From the human T2T-CHM13v2.0 reference genome, Homo sapiens, in assembly GCF_009914755.1 (NCBI RefSeq), contig NC_060933.1: 64,000 nt of DNA; one strand, given 5' to 3'. This document shows, one piece after another, positions 42,816-57,582 of this stretch. The notes under the pieces are model-generated. The model saw nothing but the letters and a program-made list of their open reading frames with translations. It was not told the DNA's origin and searched no databases. The position numbers were made by a program, and so were the translations under genes. Positions within the stretch are counted from its first letter, which is position 1. Every line of letters starts with the position of its first letter.

Positions 42816-43308
42816 TGTGTTAGGAAGAACAATGGATCCCCAAAAATAGCCACACCCTAGAAGCTGTGAGTATGTTATATTAGGTGTAGGGTGAATTAAG
42901 GGTGCAGGTGGAATTAAGGCTGCTAATAAAATGACATTAAGATAGAAAGATTATCCTCTCAGGTCCAATGTAATCCCAAAGGTCATTACAAGATGGAAGA
43001 GGGAGGCAGGAGAGTCAGTGTCAGAGTAATACAATATGGCAAACACTCCATCAGTCATTGCTGGTTCAAATGTGGAAGGGGGCCATGAGTCAAGGAATGG
43101 GGGTAGCCTCCAGAAGCTGGAAATAGAGAAAAAAATAAAAAGATTGTTCGCAAGAATCTCCAGAAAGGATCACAGCCCTACCTATACCTTGCTTTTAGCC
43201 CAGTGATTCCCATTGCTGAGCTCACGAAATGTAAGGTAATAAATTTGTGTTGTTTTAAGGCACTAACTTCGCAGTAATTCTTTATAGCAGCAATAGGAAA
43301 CTAACACA
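42816..43308 (+). mobile_element. MLT1D-like MaLR solo LTR
   Basis: TG...CA; gtggaattaagg, ccatgagtcaaggaatg, aataaatttgtgttgttttaag, gcagcaataggaaactaacaca. Confidence 0.88.
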
Positions 43309-43773
43309 GTCGTTTAACAATTTGTACAGTCTCCAATAATGCCTGTGTCTTTTCAGTGACATGAGCCATATGTTTTTTCTTTATGTTTTCTAAGGTTGAT
43401 GCCTTATAGTTTACTAGTTAGGCACTACAACTAAGTACAGGTTAAGGAAAAGGCTTTACTGGGGAAATGTGTAAGTGAGGATTCAGTTATATCAGAAGGC
43501 ATAGGTCTCCTCATCCTCATTAGCTTCCCACTGTGAGGCTAATGGGGCTGGCTGAACACAGTAAGAGTAGGTGTTCTGGCAATGGACCTGGCCTCGCCTT
43601 TCCTCCCTGGGAAATTACATTGTGGATCCACTTCACCAGGTCTTCTCCTCTTGCTCAACTTTGAATAATACATTTCCCCAGTAAAGCCTATTACTTAAAC
43701 CATACTTTGTGTCATTGTACAATTCACTCTGAGAACTTGGTACATGACAAATGAAAGCTTCAAGAGGACTCAC

Positions 43774-43845
43774 CTTGCATCATGACAGCTTAGCACATTT
43801 GAGACCATTTCTGTCATTTACAGCTGAGCTAGTCATTACTGATAC
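43774..43845 (-). other. Candidate non-coding exon (72 nt)
   Basis: Minus strand: T13-aaatcgtattcaacag|G acceptor and CAAG|gtgagt donor; stops in all three frames. Confidence 0.28.
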
Positions 43846-43863
43846 CTGTTGAATACGATTTAA

Positions 43864-44094
<231 letters not shown>

Positions 44095-44699
44095 TGATTC
44101 ATTCCTTCAGACAACACAATTCATTAAGCAGAGAATTGCAACTTACATGCTAAAAACATGATAAATACCATTTCTCTCCTCAAAGAGTTAATGGATTAAA
44201 AGGGAAAATGGAAATGTAAATATAAATTACAATGCAATACAAAAGATGCTATAATATGGGTATTTGTAAGGTAAGGAAATAGGAAGATAACAGAGAAACG
44301 TGTGATTCAAAGATATTAGCTTTATATAGAATCTGGACTCAACTATCATTATTCTCTTCCCAAATGGAAAGGAAGTACATCCTGAGATAAAATGATTAAA
44401 AAGAAATATGCTTCCTGACTAGGGAATACAAGTCTGCATTTCTTGGCAGGAGAAGTGACTAAATCTGTCAACTCAAGGAGAGGCTTGACTATAGTAGATG
44501 CTTAATGAATACTTGTGGAATGAATGTCTAAATGGATAATTAGCAAAAAAAAAAAAAAGCTAATGGTGCCTAAATGATCTTACTAATCAGTACAACTAAT
44601 AAACACATGCATTTTGAAGTAATTTATATTTATAGTTAGAAATTAAAATATTATATTGAATTTATCTTTGACAAATAACATACTATAATGACAAAAGGA

Positions 44700-44952
44700 A
44701 GGCAGAGGCTTTGGACTTAAGAAAATTTGCTGCAGACACCAGCAAACCTGGGTTTGAGTCCTGCCTATTGATCACTGTGACCTTAGTCATGTCACTTAAC
44801 TTTGATAAGTTAGTTTCTTCCTCTTTAAAAGTAAAATAATGTTGGAACCTATTCTTTAGGAAGTGTGAGGAATAGAGGTAGAAATGCATTTGAAATACTT
44901 AGCAGAGAGACTAGAATTTAGTAAGCATTCAATAAATGTTAGCTCTAATAAT
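44700..44952 (+). mobile_element. MIR
   Basis: cctgggtttgagtcctgcc...tgtgacctt...gtaagcattcaataaatgttagct. Confidence 0.8.
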
Positions 44953-46994
44953 AACCAATCGTAAGTATTATCCATAGGAAAAAAGGTGTTAAACATCAAA
45001 TGAAATTGTATAGAAGTTGAAAGATTTAATCAAGAAAAATAATAACTTCAATATAAGTATTATTATAAGAGATCCCATTGGAGTAATCATTTGTTGTGAT
45101 TTTGGCCCATATGTTTATGTCAGAGAAATGGAACGTGGCCAAAGATTTTCAAATAATTGTGTAAAATTGCTCCTGTTATGTAAAATTAATTGAGGCCTTG
45201 CTTCAGCAGCTGTTATGTGTACATAGAGGCTGCAAACCCTATTAAAGAGAATGGTAACCATATAATCATGTTTTTCACACATTATTTTGTGCTATCACAA
45301 TGAAAGGTTTACAAATAACAGTGACTCATTTAAATATTATTGACACAATGAAATGCTCCCAGTGTGAGAATTACTCCCTAGGAATAGATGTGACATTTTG
45401 GAAATTAGATGATTTCTTATCAGAGTGCTATTTTAATATAACATTACAAACTATTTTTCAAGATATCCCATGTTACTGATATCCACTCAAGCTAAACATT
45501 TACACTGGTCAATGCCAGCAATCCACACACAGTAATTTGGCATCACCTGTAACTGTTCCCTTTGTTTCACATAGCCAAGAAGTCTTCTATAAACACTTCA
45601 AAAGTATTTTTGTGAGACAAAATAATTCATATACATTATTTTGTGTAGTCTGCACTGTATTTATATCTGTAATGCAGATAAATAAATCCATATTCAGATG
45701 GTTAAAAGACATACAGCCAAAATCATAGCACATGACCTCTGTTCTGACTCCACATCCTTGATTTTCTCCATACCACTCATCATTGACTCCACCTCCACAT
45801 CATTATAATAAATACCACATAAAATACTTTACAAACATGCTTTCATATTAGTTCGGTTTCTCCATGTAATTTTAAATTTTTAGCAGTCATCTATTCGAGA
45901 TCCTTCTTTTTTTCTTATCTTATTTGACTTTGAAGGCACCTTTAGAAGTAGAAAACAGGTGGAGCTTACCATTGCTGACAAGGGATATTGTGATCTAATG
46001 ATTCCATTATTAATTAAGAGAATCTATAGCTTTTACAGTCAATGCACAGCTGATAATTAATGAGCTCAAGATAATTTTCTGTTTTTTCTTTAGATGACTT
46101 TACATGGCTCACAATTGCAATTAATTTTTTGATAAATTGCCCATTAGGAGCAAATAAAGAAAATATTGTGTACTGTAAGGACACATATACAGTACAGATT
46201 AAATACAACATAATTTCATATAAATCATTTCATATGCTATATATCTTACTTATCTCTGTATTATAGATAAGAACAGTGACATTCAAAATAGCTAAAAGAC
46301 AACCAAAATCATACCATGTGGTCTTAGACTCTGCCACACCCTTTGCTTTCACCACATCACCTCCATTTCATTATAATCAATACACCACAGACATAATTTA
46401 AAATCCAAGTGAGGCTCAGCTTGGCTGCCTCATCTCTTCTTTTCTGGATTAACACTAGCCTGTGAAGATACTGGTTATCTGAGAGTCGGTAAAGGCAGTT
46501 GAAATGCAATTCTTCAGAGAAAACTGTTAAAAGGAGGCTTATTTCTGCCCACGAGTTTGCAGTAACAGTAGTCCTCTCCGAAAGAATGCACATACTGTAT
46601 GTGAAACCTAAGATAATCTCAATAGAGTGGTCAGTGTTTGACTATGAAGCTTAAGGAAATCTGGAAGAATGATAATGAAATCATTTTCACTTTTTGGCCA
46701 TGACCTCTCAGATCAGAACATACTTTTCTCTTCAAGATGGGGAAATAAGTGCAAGAAAGGGGCTCTCTGAGACTAAACACTTCTAGGAATATAACAATTT
46801 CTTGGAATAGACTAATTCCCCAGGCTTGCTCTTATCTGATTTATTCATATGACACATGTCTGCAGGTTCTAGACTTGAGCCTAAACTTATTTTGCTAAGA
46901 CATTTAATATGGATCATGCTATAGGCTTTTGGGCTTAAAATAGACACATAAATTTCCCAAAGCATTATAAAATTATTGGTCCACTACCAACATC

Positions 46995-47589
46995 TGTCAA
47001 TGTCCCCAGCTAACAGTCACCAGAAATAAAATGGTTGATGAAGTTTGGTCCCTTGACTTTACAATGGAGGAGAACACTCACCATGGGGAACTGTGCAGTG
47101 TCTCACTAAGAGGCTGTTAGAAAGAAAGACCCATTACAGTATTGGGGATTGTGTTAAATTACTTGGGGAAGCATTAAGTAAATTAGGCCTTTTCTCTGGA
47201 TTGGATGCAGTTGGAAATCAGGAGTAATTCTCTTTTTAGGTATCTTAAAAATTATTATATGGAAGGCAGAGAGAACAAAGAAGGCCAAGCTGTAATTGGT
47301 AAAGAAGCAACATATCAGGATGAGAGATATTTGATTATTTTTGTGGTTTGGACAATATTCACATTATTATCTACATTAAAATCTGACGGTTTTCTTTTTG
47401 TCTTGATCCATCATAGTCAGAGAGCGGCCTAATATAATGTTTTTCCGTTACATTGTTTATGCTCAACAGAAGAATAGCCTGTTGAGCATGGTCTAGCCTT
47501 AAGTGTTAGGGAAACTTCAAGTATCACAAAGGAATGGCTGACAGTACTAGGGCAGTTCCTGTCTGTTAGAAGCTGCTTATTTTTCTTAT
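46995..47589 (-). mobile_element. Old ERV1-class solo LTR (MER89/MER90-like; family uncertain)
   Basis: ~600 bp; reverse complement begins ...aagcagcttctaacagacaggaactgccc and ends ggggacattgaca. Confidence 0.55.
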
Positions 47590-47609
47590 AGTTAAGACAG
47601 ATATGAATG

Positions 47610-48270
47610 CCTGTATAGTCAATAGTAAATCTCTGTCAACATTTCCTTTAAAATATACCCTGAGTCTAACCATTGCTCAAACCTTTCCTTGCTCCAACCT
47701 TCATCCAAGTCAACATTACTGATTACTTGGACCTCTGCTTCTAGTGGGTTCCCCAGAAAGTTCTGTCACCATTTAACAGCAAGAGTGGTCTCTTCCAATA
47801 TAAATTAGAATATTTTACTCTCCTGTGCACAAATTCCAATGGGTTCCCATTGCCCTTAGACCAGTATCCAGATCCTTACTGTGAACTTACTCATGGTTAT
47901 TTCTCAGATATTTTTTCACTGCTACTCATGGCATCTTGGGTTTCTGCACTTGCTATATCTATTATCAAGAGTTCTTTTTCTCCAGGTCATCACAAGTTTC
48001 ACTTCATACCTCCTTCAGGTTTCTGCTCAAATGGTCACCTGTTGGGAAAACCTTCCTTAAACTCTTTTATGCCTCTTCCCTTCCCTACTACGTTTTATTT
48101 TTCTTCTTCTTCTTCATAGCATTTCATCACTACTGTATTTAAATTATTTATTTGGGTATCTATTTATTGTTTGTCTCTTCTTCTGTAATGTAAATTCAAT
48201 GAGGCCCAGAACTACATCTGGCCACAGCTCTATCCTAAGAGTTTAGTGCATTTTCTATCGTATAGCAAAG
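47610..48270 (+). mobile_element. L2 3' region
   Basis: tccaatgggttcccattgcccttag, tgctcaaatggtcacc, tttattgtttgtctc...aatgtaaattcaatgagg. Confidence 0.75.
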
Positions 48271-48439
48271 ATATAATCATGCATAATGTATATATCCACA
48301 ATATGGATTTAGTCACTAGCCACATGAGGATCAGGTTGATTCTATGGTTAGGTGGCATTACTTTGAATCATATAAAACTTCTTTCTGCAAGTAAAGAAGG
48401 TTACATATTAGTCATTTGAGATCACCTGATTAGATAAGA
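48153..48439 (+). repeat. Inverted duplication, copy 1 (donor)
   Basis: 287 bp; reverse complement of 49821-50107, ungapped, about 17 mismatches by hand count. Confidence 0.97.
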
Positions 48440-49349
48440 ATTCCCCATTACCAAGAATCAAAGGGAGTCAGCCCCATTCTGAAGCAGACCAATTTGAGGG
48501 ATAAAAACTCTACTGCATGAAATGCACCCAGTTATGTAACATCATTCCTTATTTTATTTAATGAATATTTATCCAGAATGTTTCACCTCTGCCTTTTACA
48601 CAGTGCAGTGAATGTAAAAAGGAATAAAAACCTTATTCCTTCAAATAATACACTGAGGAAAGATGGCTACACAATATAATATGGGATTAAAATGCCCTTA
48701 TAGAGTTAGAGCATGCATTTTAATGGGAATCCAGAGAAGAGAATTCGGAATTCTGCCAGAATATTATGTCTTATTTGAGGTTTTATGAATGAGCAGGAGT
48801 TCACTGAAAAAACAGAAAAAGGATTGGAGGACCATTCGGATGGAAGGAAGAACATGGGCAAAGCTTGGATATGTAAGGGAGCATGTGCTATTTTGGAAGT
48901 ACAGACATTTGCTGGAATAGAAAGAATGGAGCAGATTTCTGAGGCCTTCAGTGGGTGGAGTAGGCAGGTCTTGGTATAGAATCCTGTGATTCATCACAGT
49001 GGGGTCTGCTGGATTCTCAGTCCTCAAAGTAGCAGAGCAGAGCAGTCTAGGAGCTTTGGGAATTTGGACTTTCCATTGTGAGCCATATTCTAGCTGTGTC
49101 AATACTCTTACCCTGAACTCCTGATGCTCACTCCTTAGCCTTTCCTATACAACAGTGTTTGTAGTTTGTAGTGTGACATGCATAGTCACTAAAAATTTGT
49201 CTATCTTTATGCTCAAAATATCCATTATAAAATATTTAGATCTGAAAATCTTTGATATAGTGTCCATAGTAATAAACTTCTGTAGCAAGTGAATATAATC
49301 ACTAGTAAAAAATGTACTGACAGAAAAAGTAACAATTGGTCTGCTATTT

Positions 49350-49381
49350 TGTGTGTGTGTGTGTGTTTGTGTGTGTGTGTA
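49350..49381. repeat. (TG)n microsatellite
   Basis: Seen directly. Confidence 0.95.
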
Positions 49382-49500
49382 TGTGGTCAGAACCAAAGAG
49401 AGCAGAAGCTATGTATGAGTACATATTTCTTATGATCCATAACATAATGAGATTAATACATTAGACCCATTTCTTTCAAGGTTCTGATTTATATTTGTTA

Positions 49501-49734
<234 letters not shown>

Positions 49735-49820
49735 CTATTGGGTCTTGCTATATATATATAATATATATAATATATATATAATCAAATATATAAATACATA
49801 TAATCAAATATTTAAATAAA

Positions 49821-50107
49821 TCTTATCTAATCAAGTGATCCCAAATGACTAATATGTAACCTTCTTTACTTGCAGAATAAAGTTTTATATGATTCGAAGT
49901 AATGCCACCTAACCATAGAATCATCCTAATCCTTATGTGGCGAGTGACTAAATCCATATTGTGGATATATACATTATGCTTGATTATATCTTTGCTATAT
50001 GCTAGAAAATGCACTAAACTCTTAGGATACAGCTGTGACCAGATGTAGTTCCAGGCCTCATGGAATTTACATTACAGAAGAAGAGACAAACAATAAATAG
50101 ATACCCA
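49821..50107 (-). repeat. Inverted duplication, copy 2, embedded in (TA)n/(GA)n sequence
   Basis: Reverse complement of 48153-48439. Confidence 0.97.
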
Positions 50108-50320
50108 TATATACATATTATATATATATATATAGAGAGAGAGAGAAACATATCTATCTCTCTCTATATATGGAGATATATATACATATATATCTTTATA
50201 TAAAGATATCTATATATATAGATATATATACATATATATCTATATATAAAGATATATATAAAGATAATATATAATATATATTTCTATTTCTATTATATAT
50301 AATATATAGAAAATATAACC
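50108..50320. repeat. (TA)-rich low-complexity, self-complementary tract
   Basis: Interleaved (TA)n, (GA)n/(TC)n and gatatatacatatatatc units. Confidence 0.9.
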
Positions 50321-51160
50321 ATTTGTCTTATATAAGTAAAATTCTCACTTGCCTCAATATACTTCTTTTGAAAACTTGAAATCTAGTTTAGTAACTTAGA
50401 TATAATTTAAGGTTTCAACAACTGGATCAAGCCCTTATCTTGAATAATTTGGCAATAAATGAATAATGCCTTCTTCTTAGTTAGGAACATACAAAGGACA
50501 AACACTATCACTTAGTAGCAGTATGATCTTAGCAAAATTTTCTATCAACCTTTTTCATCAATAATAATAATTGCTACATAAACTAAGTTGGAATGTATAG
50601 AAGAGAATGCACACCATGAAACCTTAGGATGCAAATAAATTTCCAAAACCACGTAGTCTATCCAAACACTCTTTAAGTGAGTAACTCGCACATCCTAATA
50701 GTCACTGAATGTCATGTGATTAATAACCTTCATAAAAATAGCCTTTTGTGACATCTGGGGCACAATTTTATTTACTTTAAATAGTAAATGTACAATGATT
50801 TAAAATAAGCCATTTAATAATTTAGATTTTTGATTTTTGTTAAATAGAATAAACCGTCAATATAAACTTTACAAAATAAAATTAGAAACTTGAATGATGT
50901 AATCTATTTTAGGTACCAAGATGGTCATTCCAAAGATAATGCTTTTATGGTGCTGATGAATGTGGATTTAATGTGCATTTACTGAATCAACTTATGTGTT
51001 GCCACCATTTTTTCTTTTTCTTTCTTTTTTTTTTTTTTAGTCAGCTGTCAGTAACACTGGGTTCTGCTGCCTGCACTTTATCAATAAACGTGTGCTCTCC
51101 TACCGCTTGGTAAATGCTGAGAAATGTCTCTTAGTGAACCTCTATTTCTGCAGGCTTTCT

Positions 51161-51489
51161 TTTTTTTATTATTATTATTATACTTAAAGTTCTAGGGTAC
51201 ATGTGCACAGCCTGCAGGTTTGTTAACACATGTATACATGTGCCATGTTGGTGTGCTGCACCCATTAACTTGTCATTTACATTAGGTATATCTCCTAATG
51301 CTATCCCTCCCCCATCCTCCCACCCCACAACAGGCCCCAGTGTGTGAGGCTTCCCTTCCTGTGTCCAAGTGTTCTCATTGTTCATTTCTCACCTATGAGT
51401 GAGAACATGCGGTGTTTGGTTTTTTCTCATTGCGATAGTTTGCTGAGAATGATGGTTTGCAGCTTCATCCATGTCCCTTTTACAAAGGC
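51161..51489 (-). mobile_element. L1PA (PA3-6-like) 3' end, 5'-truncated
   Basis: L1PA 3'UTR; TSD ttctgcaggct(t/c)tct at 51146-51160 and 51490-51504. Confidence 0.93.
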
Positions 51490-51699
51490 TTCTGCAGGCT
51501 CTCTAAAGGCAGTCACCATGCCCTTTATTTCTTTCAAAATACTATCATTACTGAAAAAAACTTCAATTAAACTTATCCAATATACGACATTGTGTCAGGT
51601 TTTAGGCAAAGCAATGAGAAATAAGATGATTATTGACCACAAAGATATTAACGTTTTGAGAAACAAATGTATATATAACTAATGACTAATTGTTGTCCT

Positions 51700-52270
51700 G
51701 CCATCCCATAGATTGCCATTCACCTCTCAGGGCCAAATTAATGATATTCATACACATAAGCTGATCCACAGGGGCCAAATAAGTTCTCCCTTCCAAAGAT
51801 TTACACTTGCGCATAGGAATCCTAGTTTTAAATACCTGAATGAAGTGTAATAATCACAAGTGTGGAAGGAAAAGGCAAACAAAACAGTGAAAAACGTGCA
51901 ATTTCCAGGAGAATAAATGAATTGTTTGTTCCTAGAGAAGGATCTGGAAACACTGTGGTCCTGAAGTAGCAGAGAAAGAAGAAGGAAGAAGAAGCCACAG
52001 AGGGACATAGAGAGAATGAGAGAGAGAGAGAGAGAGAGAGAGACAGCGAGAGACACAGCGAGAGACAGAAGGAGAAAGGGAGAGGGGTAATGATTTCCTG
52101 GTGCCTTTAGAACGTTCCAGTTTTCAGTTCCAATCCTTCGTGAGCCTGAATGCATCCCTGTGCTTGGACTCCATGAAAACCCCTCAGATTGTTATACCTC
52201 CTCACCTTTTTATACTCTATGTAATGCAAGATGGATCCTTTACTTACAAATGATAATTTTAGTTGAAACT
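51700..52270 (+). mobile_element. MLT1K/L-like MaLR LTR containing a (GA)n tract (about 52010-52075)
   Basis: ccagttttcagttccaatcc...gcatccctgtgcttggactccatga motif. Confidence 0.5.
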
Positions 52271-53249
52271 AATGTGATATAATAAGGAAATTAGGACCCT
52301 CTAGACTTTATCTCAGAAATAGCAAGTTTATTTTACTTTCCCTGAAATCTTCTGATCATTGTTAAGGTGGAGGAATGAGCTATGCTTTAGGAGGGAGATG
52401 CTGAGGTAGCCTGCGGGAGCTGGCTTGGCAATAGACCATGTAATTCTTCAGGATCTATTGGCCTATTGGACTCAAACTGTTGGGAAGGGTTGTAAAATAT
52501 GTTGATTATTTAGGATCTAATTATCTAAATTATTCATCATCCTTTCTTTTTCTTCTCCCCCAGTTCTATTCTTCTGTCAATTCTTTCAAAACTAGCTTTA
52601 ATCTTATTAATCCCTCTGCCAGATTCTGGGAAGAGAATTAGAGAGACAGTGTAACTGAAATCAATCCATCTGGTTAGCTCTTAGACACCTAGTAAAAGAT
52701 TTGATGGAAATACGAGTAAAGCACCTTCTTAATGAGATTTGGGAAATAACTGCAGATTTCATTTATGTCTGTTCAACCTGACTAATGGGGAAGTATACAT
52801 AACAATTGCCTGTAATGCAATACTGAATAAAACTTGCTGATTTTCCCCAGGGACACTGTAACTGTTCATTACTTTACACTGCAGTATAAATTGGCCCAGT
52901 GGGGAGGCAGGCATAGATTGAAGGGAGCTGTGAACAAAATTACATAGCTAACACTGCAGGCACCTCCTCCATACTTGAGGCCCTGGAATCAGGCTCTTAA
53001 TACATACAGTCAAACAATCTTTCTGACAATTGCAGGTCACATACCTAGCTACACGTCTGGGGAAACTACAGGCAGGTGTGGGGCTCTTACAAATAGCTTA
53101 GAAATATATACCACTTGCTCCCAACACCACCACTGGGTAACTAGTCCAGAAAATGTGTCTCCTTTATAGGATTAACAGCTTGCTATCTCTCTCGAAAAGG
53201 CAACAATTTAAACAATATTCAAATTGGAAAAAAATTAAATGTTGACAGG

Positions 53250-53470
53250 AACGTTCTTGCATTTGCACACCAGATTTACCAGTTAACACCTATGTGACTT
53301 GTCACAAATTAACTACTCTATGTTGCAGTTTCCATAGCTGTATAATGGACATGATAATGGTACATCCGTCAGACATTTGTTGTGTCAGTTAAACAACATG
53401 TAAGTGTCCCAGCAAGTAACTAGGTCATGAAAGTGCTGTACTTGTTACCTAGCAATGTTATTGTTGTTGT
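53250..53470 (+). mobile_element. MIR
   Basis: ctatgtgacttgtcacaaattaac...cagtttccatagctgtataatgg. Confidence 0.6.
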
Positions 53471-53594
53471 TGCTCTTGACAACCTATTATAATTCTGACC
53501 TCAATCCTTTTGTTTTTGGAGAGGGAACAAGGCAAAATGGAAAATAATAGTGGACTAATCATAATTGACACAGTTTTAAAATTATTTACATATA

Positions 53595-54016
53595 TGGTCA
53601 TGCACTGACAACAAACAGCATTTCAGCCAATGACCGACCACATATCTAACAGTGATCCCATAATATTATAATACTATATTTTTACTGTATCTTTTATATG
53701 TTTAATACACAAATACTTACCTTGTGTTACTATTACCTACGGTATTTAGCACAGTAATATGCTGTGCAGGCCTGTGGCCTAGGAGCAATAGGCTTCTAGA
53801 GTGAAACCTACAAGTGGTGGGAAGAAAAGGGGTATTTGAGCTGGAGGATGTGTAACTAAGAAAATGGATTATAGGCTATACCATATAGTCTAGCTGTATA
53901 GTAGGCAATATCATATAGGTTTGTGTAAGTACACTCCACGATGTTTGCACAATAACCAAATCATTTAACCATGCATTTCTCAGAATGTATTGTTGTCATT
54001 AAGTGACACATGACTG
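53595..54016. mobile_element. Tigger3a (MER7A)-like TcMar MITE with a foreign 78-bp insert
   Basis: TIRs (t)ggtcatgcac ... gacacatgactg; internal cctaggagcaataggct(ataccatatag). Confidence 0.88.
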
Positions 54017-54159
54017 ATATTAATTAGGAGCAGGTAAAATTAATACATTAACTGAATTGTATGCATCATCCATTGTTCTACCATCTCTCAAATCAAAACA
54101 ATATTTTCTGGCCTTCCTCTGCTTGTGTGTTTAGCAATTTATATAATATGTTAACCAGA

Positions 54160-54455
<296 letters not shown>

Positions 54456-54479
54456 CTATATCTATATATATATTTGTAT

Positions 54480-54602
54480 AACTGTATTCTTTTACTATAA
54501 CCCATAACCCATAACCATGAGAAAAACAGCTTTCAATGCATTTTGCTAATCTTTCTAGTGAATTATTAAAACTGTGGGTGGACCTGAAGACTTCCAAACT
54601 TT
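54480..54602 (+). mobile_element. LTR 3' fragment (MER21/MER77-like)
   Basis: taaccatgag..aacagcttt...ttctagtgaattatt..a.ctg.gggtgg motif. Confidence 0.45.
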
Positions 54603-54789
54603 ATAAGAACCTACTATGTGCTAGATATGGACCCTGGCACTATAGATATAAATACAAATGAAAAACATTTTCTTCCATAATGCTTCTTATAATTCAGTGT
54701 AAAAATATATTTCCAACTAACTTCACCGTGTTGTTATGAGGAGCAGAGAAAGTAATCGGTATTAGTAGTCGTGATAATAATGATGATGA

Positions 54790-55005
54790 TAAAAATGGCG
54801 GCCACGTATGCATATTGTGTTTTTAATATGGAAGACCTTTTCAAAGTGCTATCATATAATTATTACAACAATTCTATGAGGAGGTTATTTTCATCCTCAT
54901 TTTAGAAGTGAGAAAACTGAGGCATAAAAGGAATAAATAACTTATCTAAGATCAGACTGCTAGGAAATCATGGATCTGAGGCTTTAGGCTATTTGAGCCA
55001 AAAAT
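54790..55005 (-). mobile_element. MIR
   Basis: caattctatgagg...cattttagaagtgagaaaactgaggcata. Confidence 0.75.
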
Positions 55006-55499
55006 TGTGCTTGATTATCTCCAACATGGGAATCTCCTAACACAGTGTCTGGCATGATGAGAATGTCTAATAAATGTCAGACTGATTTCTCTTCTGTAGG
55101 GTCTCATTCAGAATATTATCTGAAGTGAGATTGAGAGTGGTTGGCTCCTGCAGAGATGAGGTCTTTACTTAAATATAGAATGATTGTTAAGAAATATGAT
55201 ATCACCAAACGAAATATACTCATCAAGACCTGTGCAGGAAGAAACTGAAAGATTCCTAGATTTGTAAATTAGAGAAGGATTGCAAAGATGAGACAACTGA
55301 TAAAGCTGTATTTATCAGAGAATGGGAAAAGCTTAGATATACTTTTTTGATTTCAAATGTTTCCACTGTTAAACACTTACGTATCAATGCTTTGAAAGCA
55401 TAGACGCTCTAATTCACAGGAAACACAGTAGTGGTTTTAAGCAGAAATACAACATTAACATTAGAGTATATTTTTATTCAAAAAAATCCAAAACATTTT

Positions 55500-56090
55500 C
55501 ATAAGTGTTATTTAATACAACAAACACTGAGTTCCTAAAATGTGTTCAGGCAGTGGTGTAGATGCTGAAAATATAAAGAACCACATGAAACTAGTTTTAA
55601 GAGGCTTCATGAAGCTATGCATGTTCTTGAATAAAAATATCTAGTGATGGTATAATTCATTAGAAATAGATATGAGGGGCATAAGAGGACAAGGTTACCT
55701 ATACCTATGTGGAGGCTTGTTCAGAGAAAATTTCAGAGATGAGGTGACATCTGAACTAGTTTTAAAAACTGATCAAGAATATTTAGGCAGATGATATGTG
55801 GGAGAAAGATATTCTAGGCAGTGAGAATCTAAGAAAGAGCATGATATATTAAAGAAACTGAAAATAGTTCAGTGCTTCTAGAGTGAAACCTACAAGTGGT
55901 GGGAAGAAAAGGGGTATTTGAGCTGGAGGATGCGTAGCTAAGAAAATGGATAGGAATGGGACCCTAAAAGACTTGTGCGCCATTTTAAAGATGTTATATT
56001 TATGCTGTTGGCAATGGGAAACCATAAATCATTAAAAGTAGGGGAGTAACATCAGATTTTTATTTCAGAAATACTTCTCTCTCAAAAGTT
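55500..56090 (-). mobile_element. L2 fragment (contains the donor of the 78-bp templated insertion)
   Basis: gaggtgacatctgaactag...attctaggcagtgagaa...ggcaatgggaaacca motifs. Confidence 0.7.
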
Positions 56091-56139
56091 ACATTTTAGA
56101 GGAAAAACTTAGTTATGTCCTATTTTATAGAGCATAACT

Positions 56140-56400
56140 CCGATATAGTGGTTAAGCATGTGTTCACAGAAGCCAGAGGAAATACATTCAATTCTCGTCT
56201 CCTTCACTTATGTAGTAGTCAGGCAGGTCAACTGAAGTCTGTGTGAGTTACTCTTCTCATTTATAAAAGAAGGATAATAATAGTGCTCACTCACAGACCT
56301 GTTGTAAGAATTAATTGAGATAACAGATATTAAGTATTTACAACAGAGAAAGTCTTCAATAAATGGGGTTAATTATTAATGTGGTTATTATATTATTACT
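56140..56400 (+). mobile_element. MIR
   Basis: gtggttaagcatg...gataataatagtgctcactcacag...gttgtaagaattaattgagataa. Confidence 0.7.
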
Positions 56401-57582
56401 ATTATCATTTTCTCTAGTCAAGACAAGTACTTTAAATTTTAAAATAAATACATTTTTTCATGTAATTAGTTGACTTATTTTTCTTTATAATAATGTAACT
56501 CCTTGTGTTTTTGCAAATTGGTAACAGGTAAGCCATAGCTAGCACCAAAAGTAATAATGTTACTTTAAAATGCATTCACTGGGGATCAAAGTAAAAAATG
56601 AAATAAATCTGTAAAAATCAGCTTTAGAATTTGCATCACTTCAGGCAAACTAAAACATCAAATGGAATATTGTTGAAAATTTAGCAAGTTTGAAAGGATT
56701 AGTAAAAAATTCCTTGAACTAAAATGTCAACTGAATTTCTAAAAAAAATAATAATAATCAGAGTAATTTTAAACATATTAAAATTATCAAAAATGTTTTT
56801 CCTATTTCCTTCTTAGTTTTTACTGATATTATATTTTAAAATTATATATTATTGTCCCTCATAACCAATGATCTGATAGTTTACTTAGGAGCTAAAAGTG
56901 CATTCAGTGTTATTTATCTATTTCTTTGTGTTTCCTTTGTATTCAATGCTATTTAACTATTTCTTTGTATTCCTCCAATTCCTTTCTTTACTCCTTAAAC
57001 ATATATATTCAAAGACTATTCATTACAACTACAATTATTTCCTCACAAATCAATTTCCAATCAGGTCAAGACCCAATAAAAACTTTTATTGCCTGTTCTC
57101 ATAGGCCTAGATGTTTAACTAGATATTAAATATAAAATGCTTTGCTTGGCATTTAAATTTAATCCTCAGTTAGGTACCTTACTCTACATACCAATTTTTA
57201 GTTAGAAACTTAAAGTTTCTCTCTAAAAATGACCGTTTTCTTTTTCCGCTTGTTCAATTTTGCCTAAAACATCTTACTTTGCACTTGCAATTGTGCTACT
57301 TTATTTTATTTAATACAGCAGTAGCATCGCTGGAAATAATAAATTTTTCAAGGACAGGAGCTAGGTTCTGTCTTGCCTGAAGTAATTTACTTGAAGTGAT
57401 CTCTAGATGACAAGTCTATCAAGTGGACATTAGCTGGAAAAAGGAGTCTCTTGGGAGATAGTCCAGAACATGTCTTTCCAATGGGCAGAGTATCATTCCT
57501 AAACGGATAAAATTGGTTCCTATGGCAAAAGGTATTAGATATGAAAATGGTGTATGGCCTTCCAAAAGCTCACAGTATGTAA

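Noticed and set aside
51748-52155. Longest ORF (135 aa) with LSLSLS and hydrophobic stretch
   Set aside because: Read-through of a (GA)n microsatellite inside an LTR-like element.
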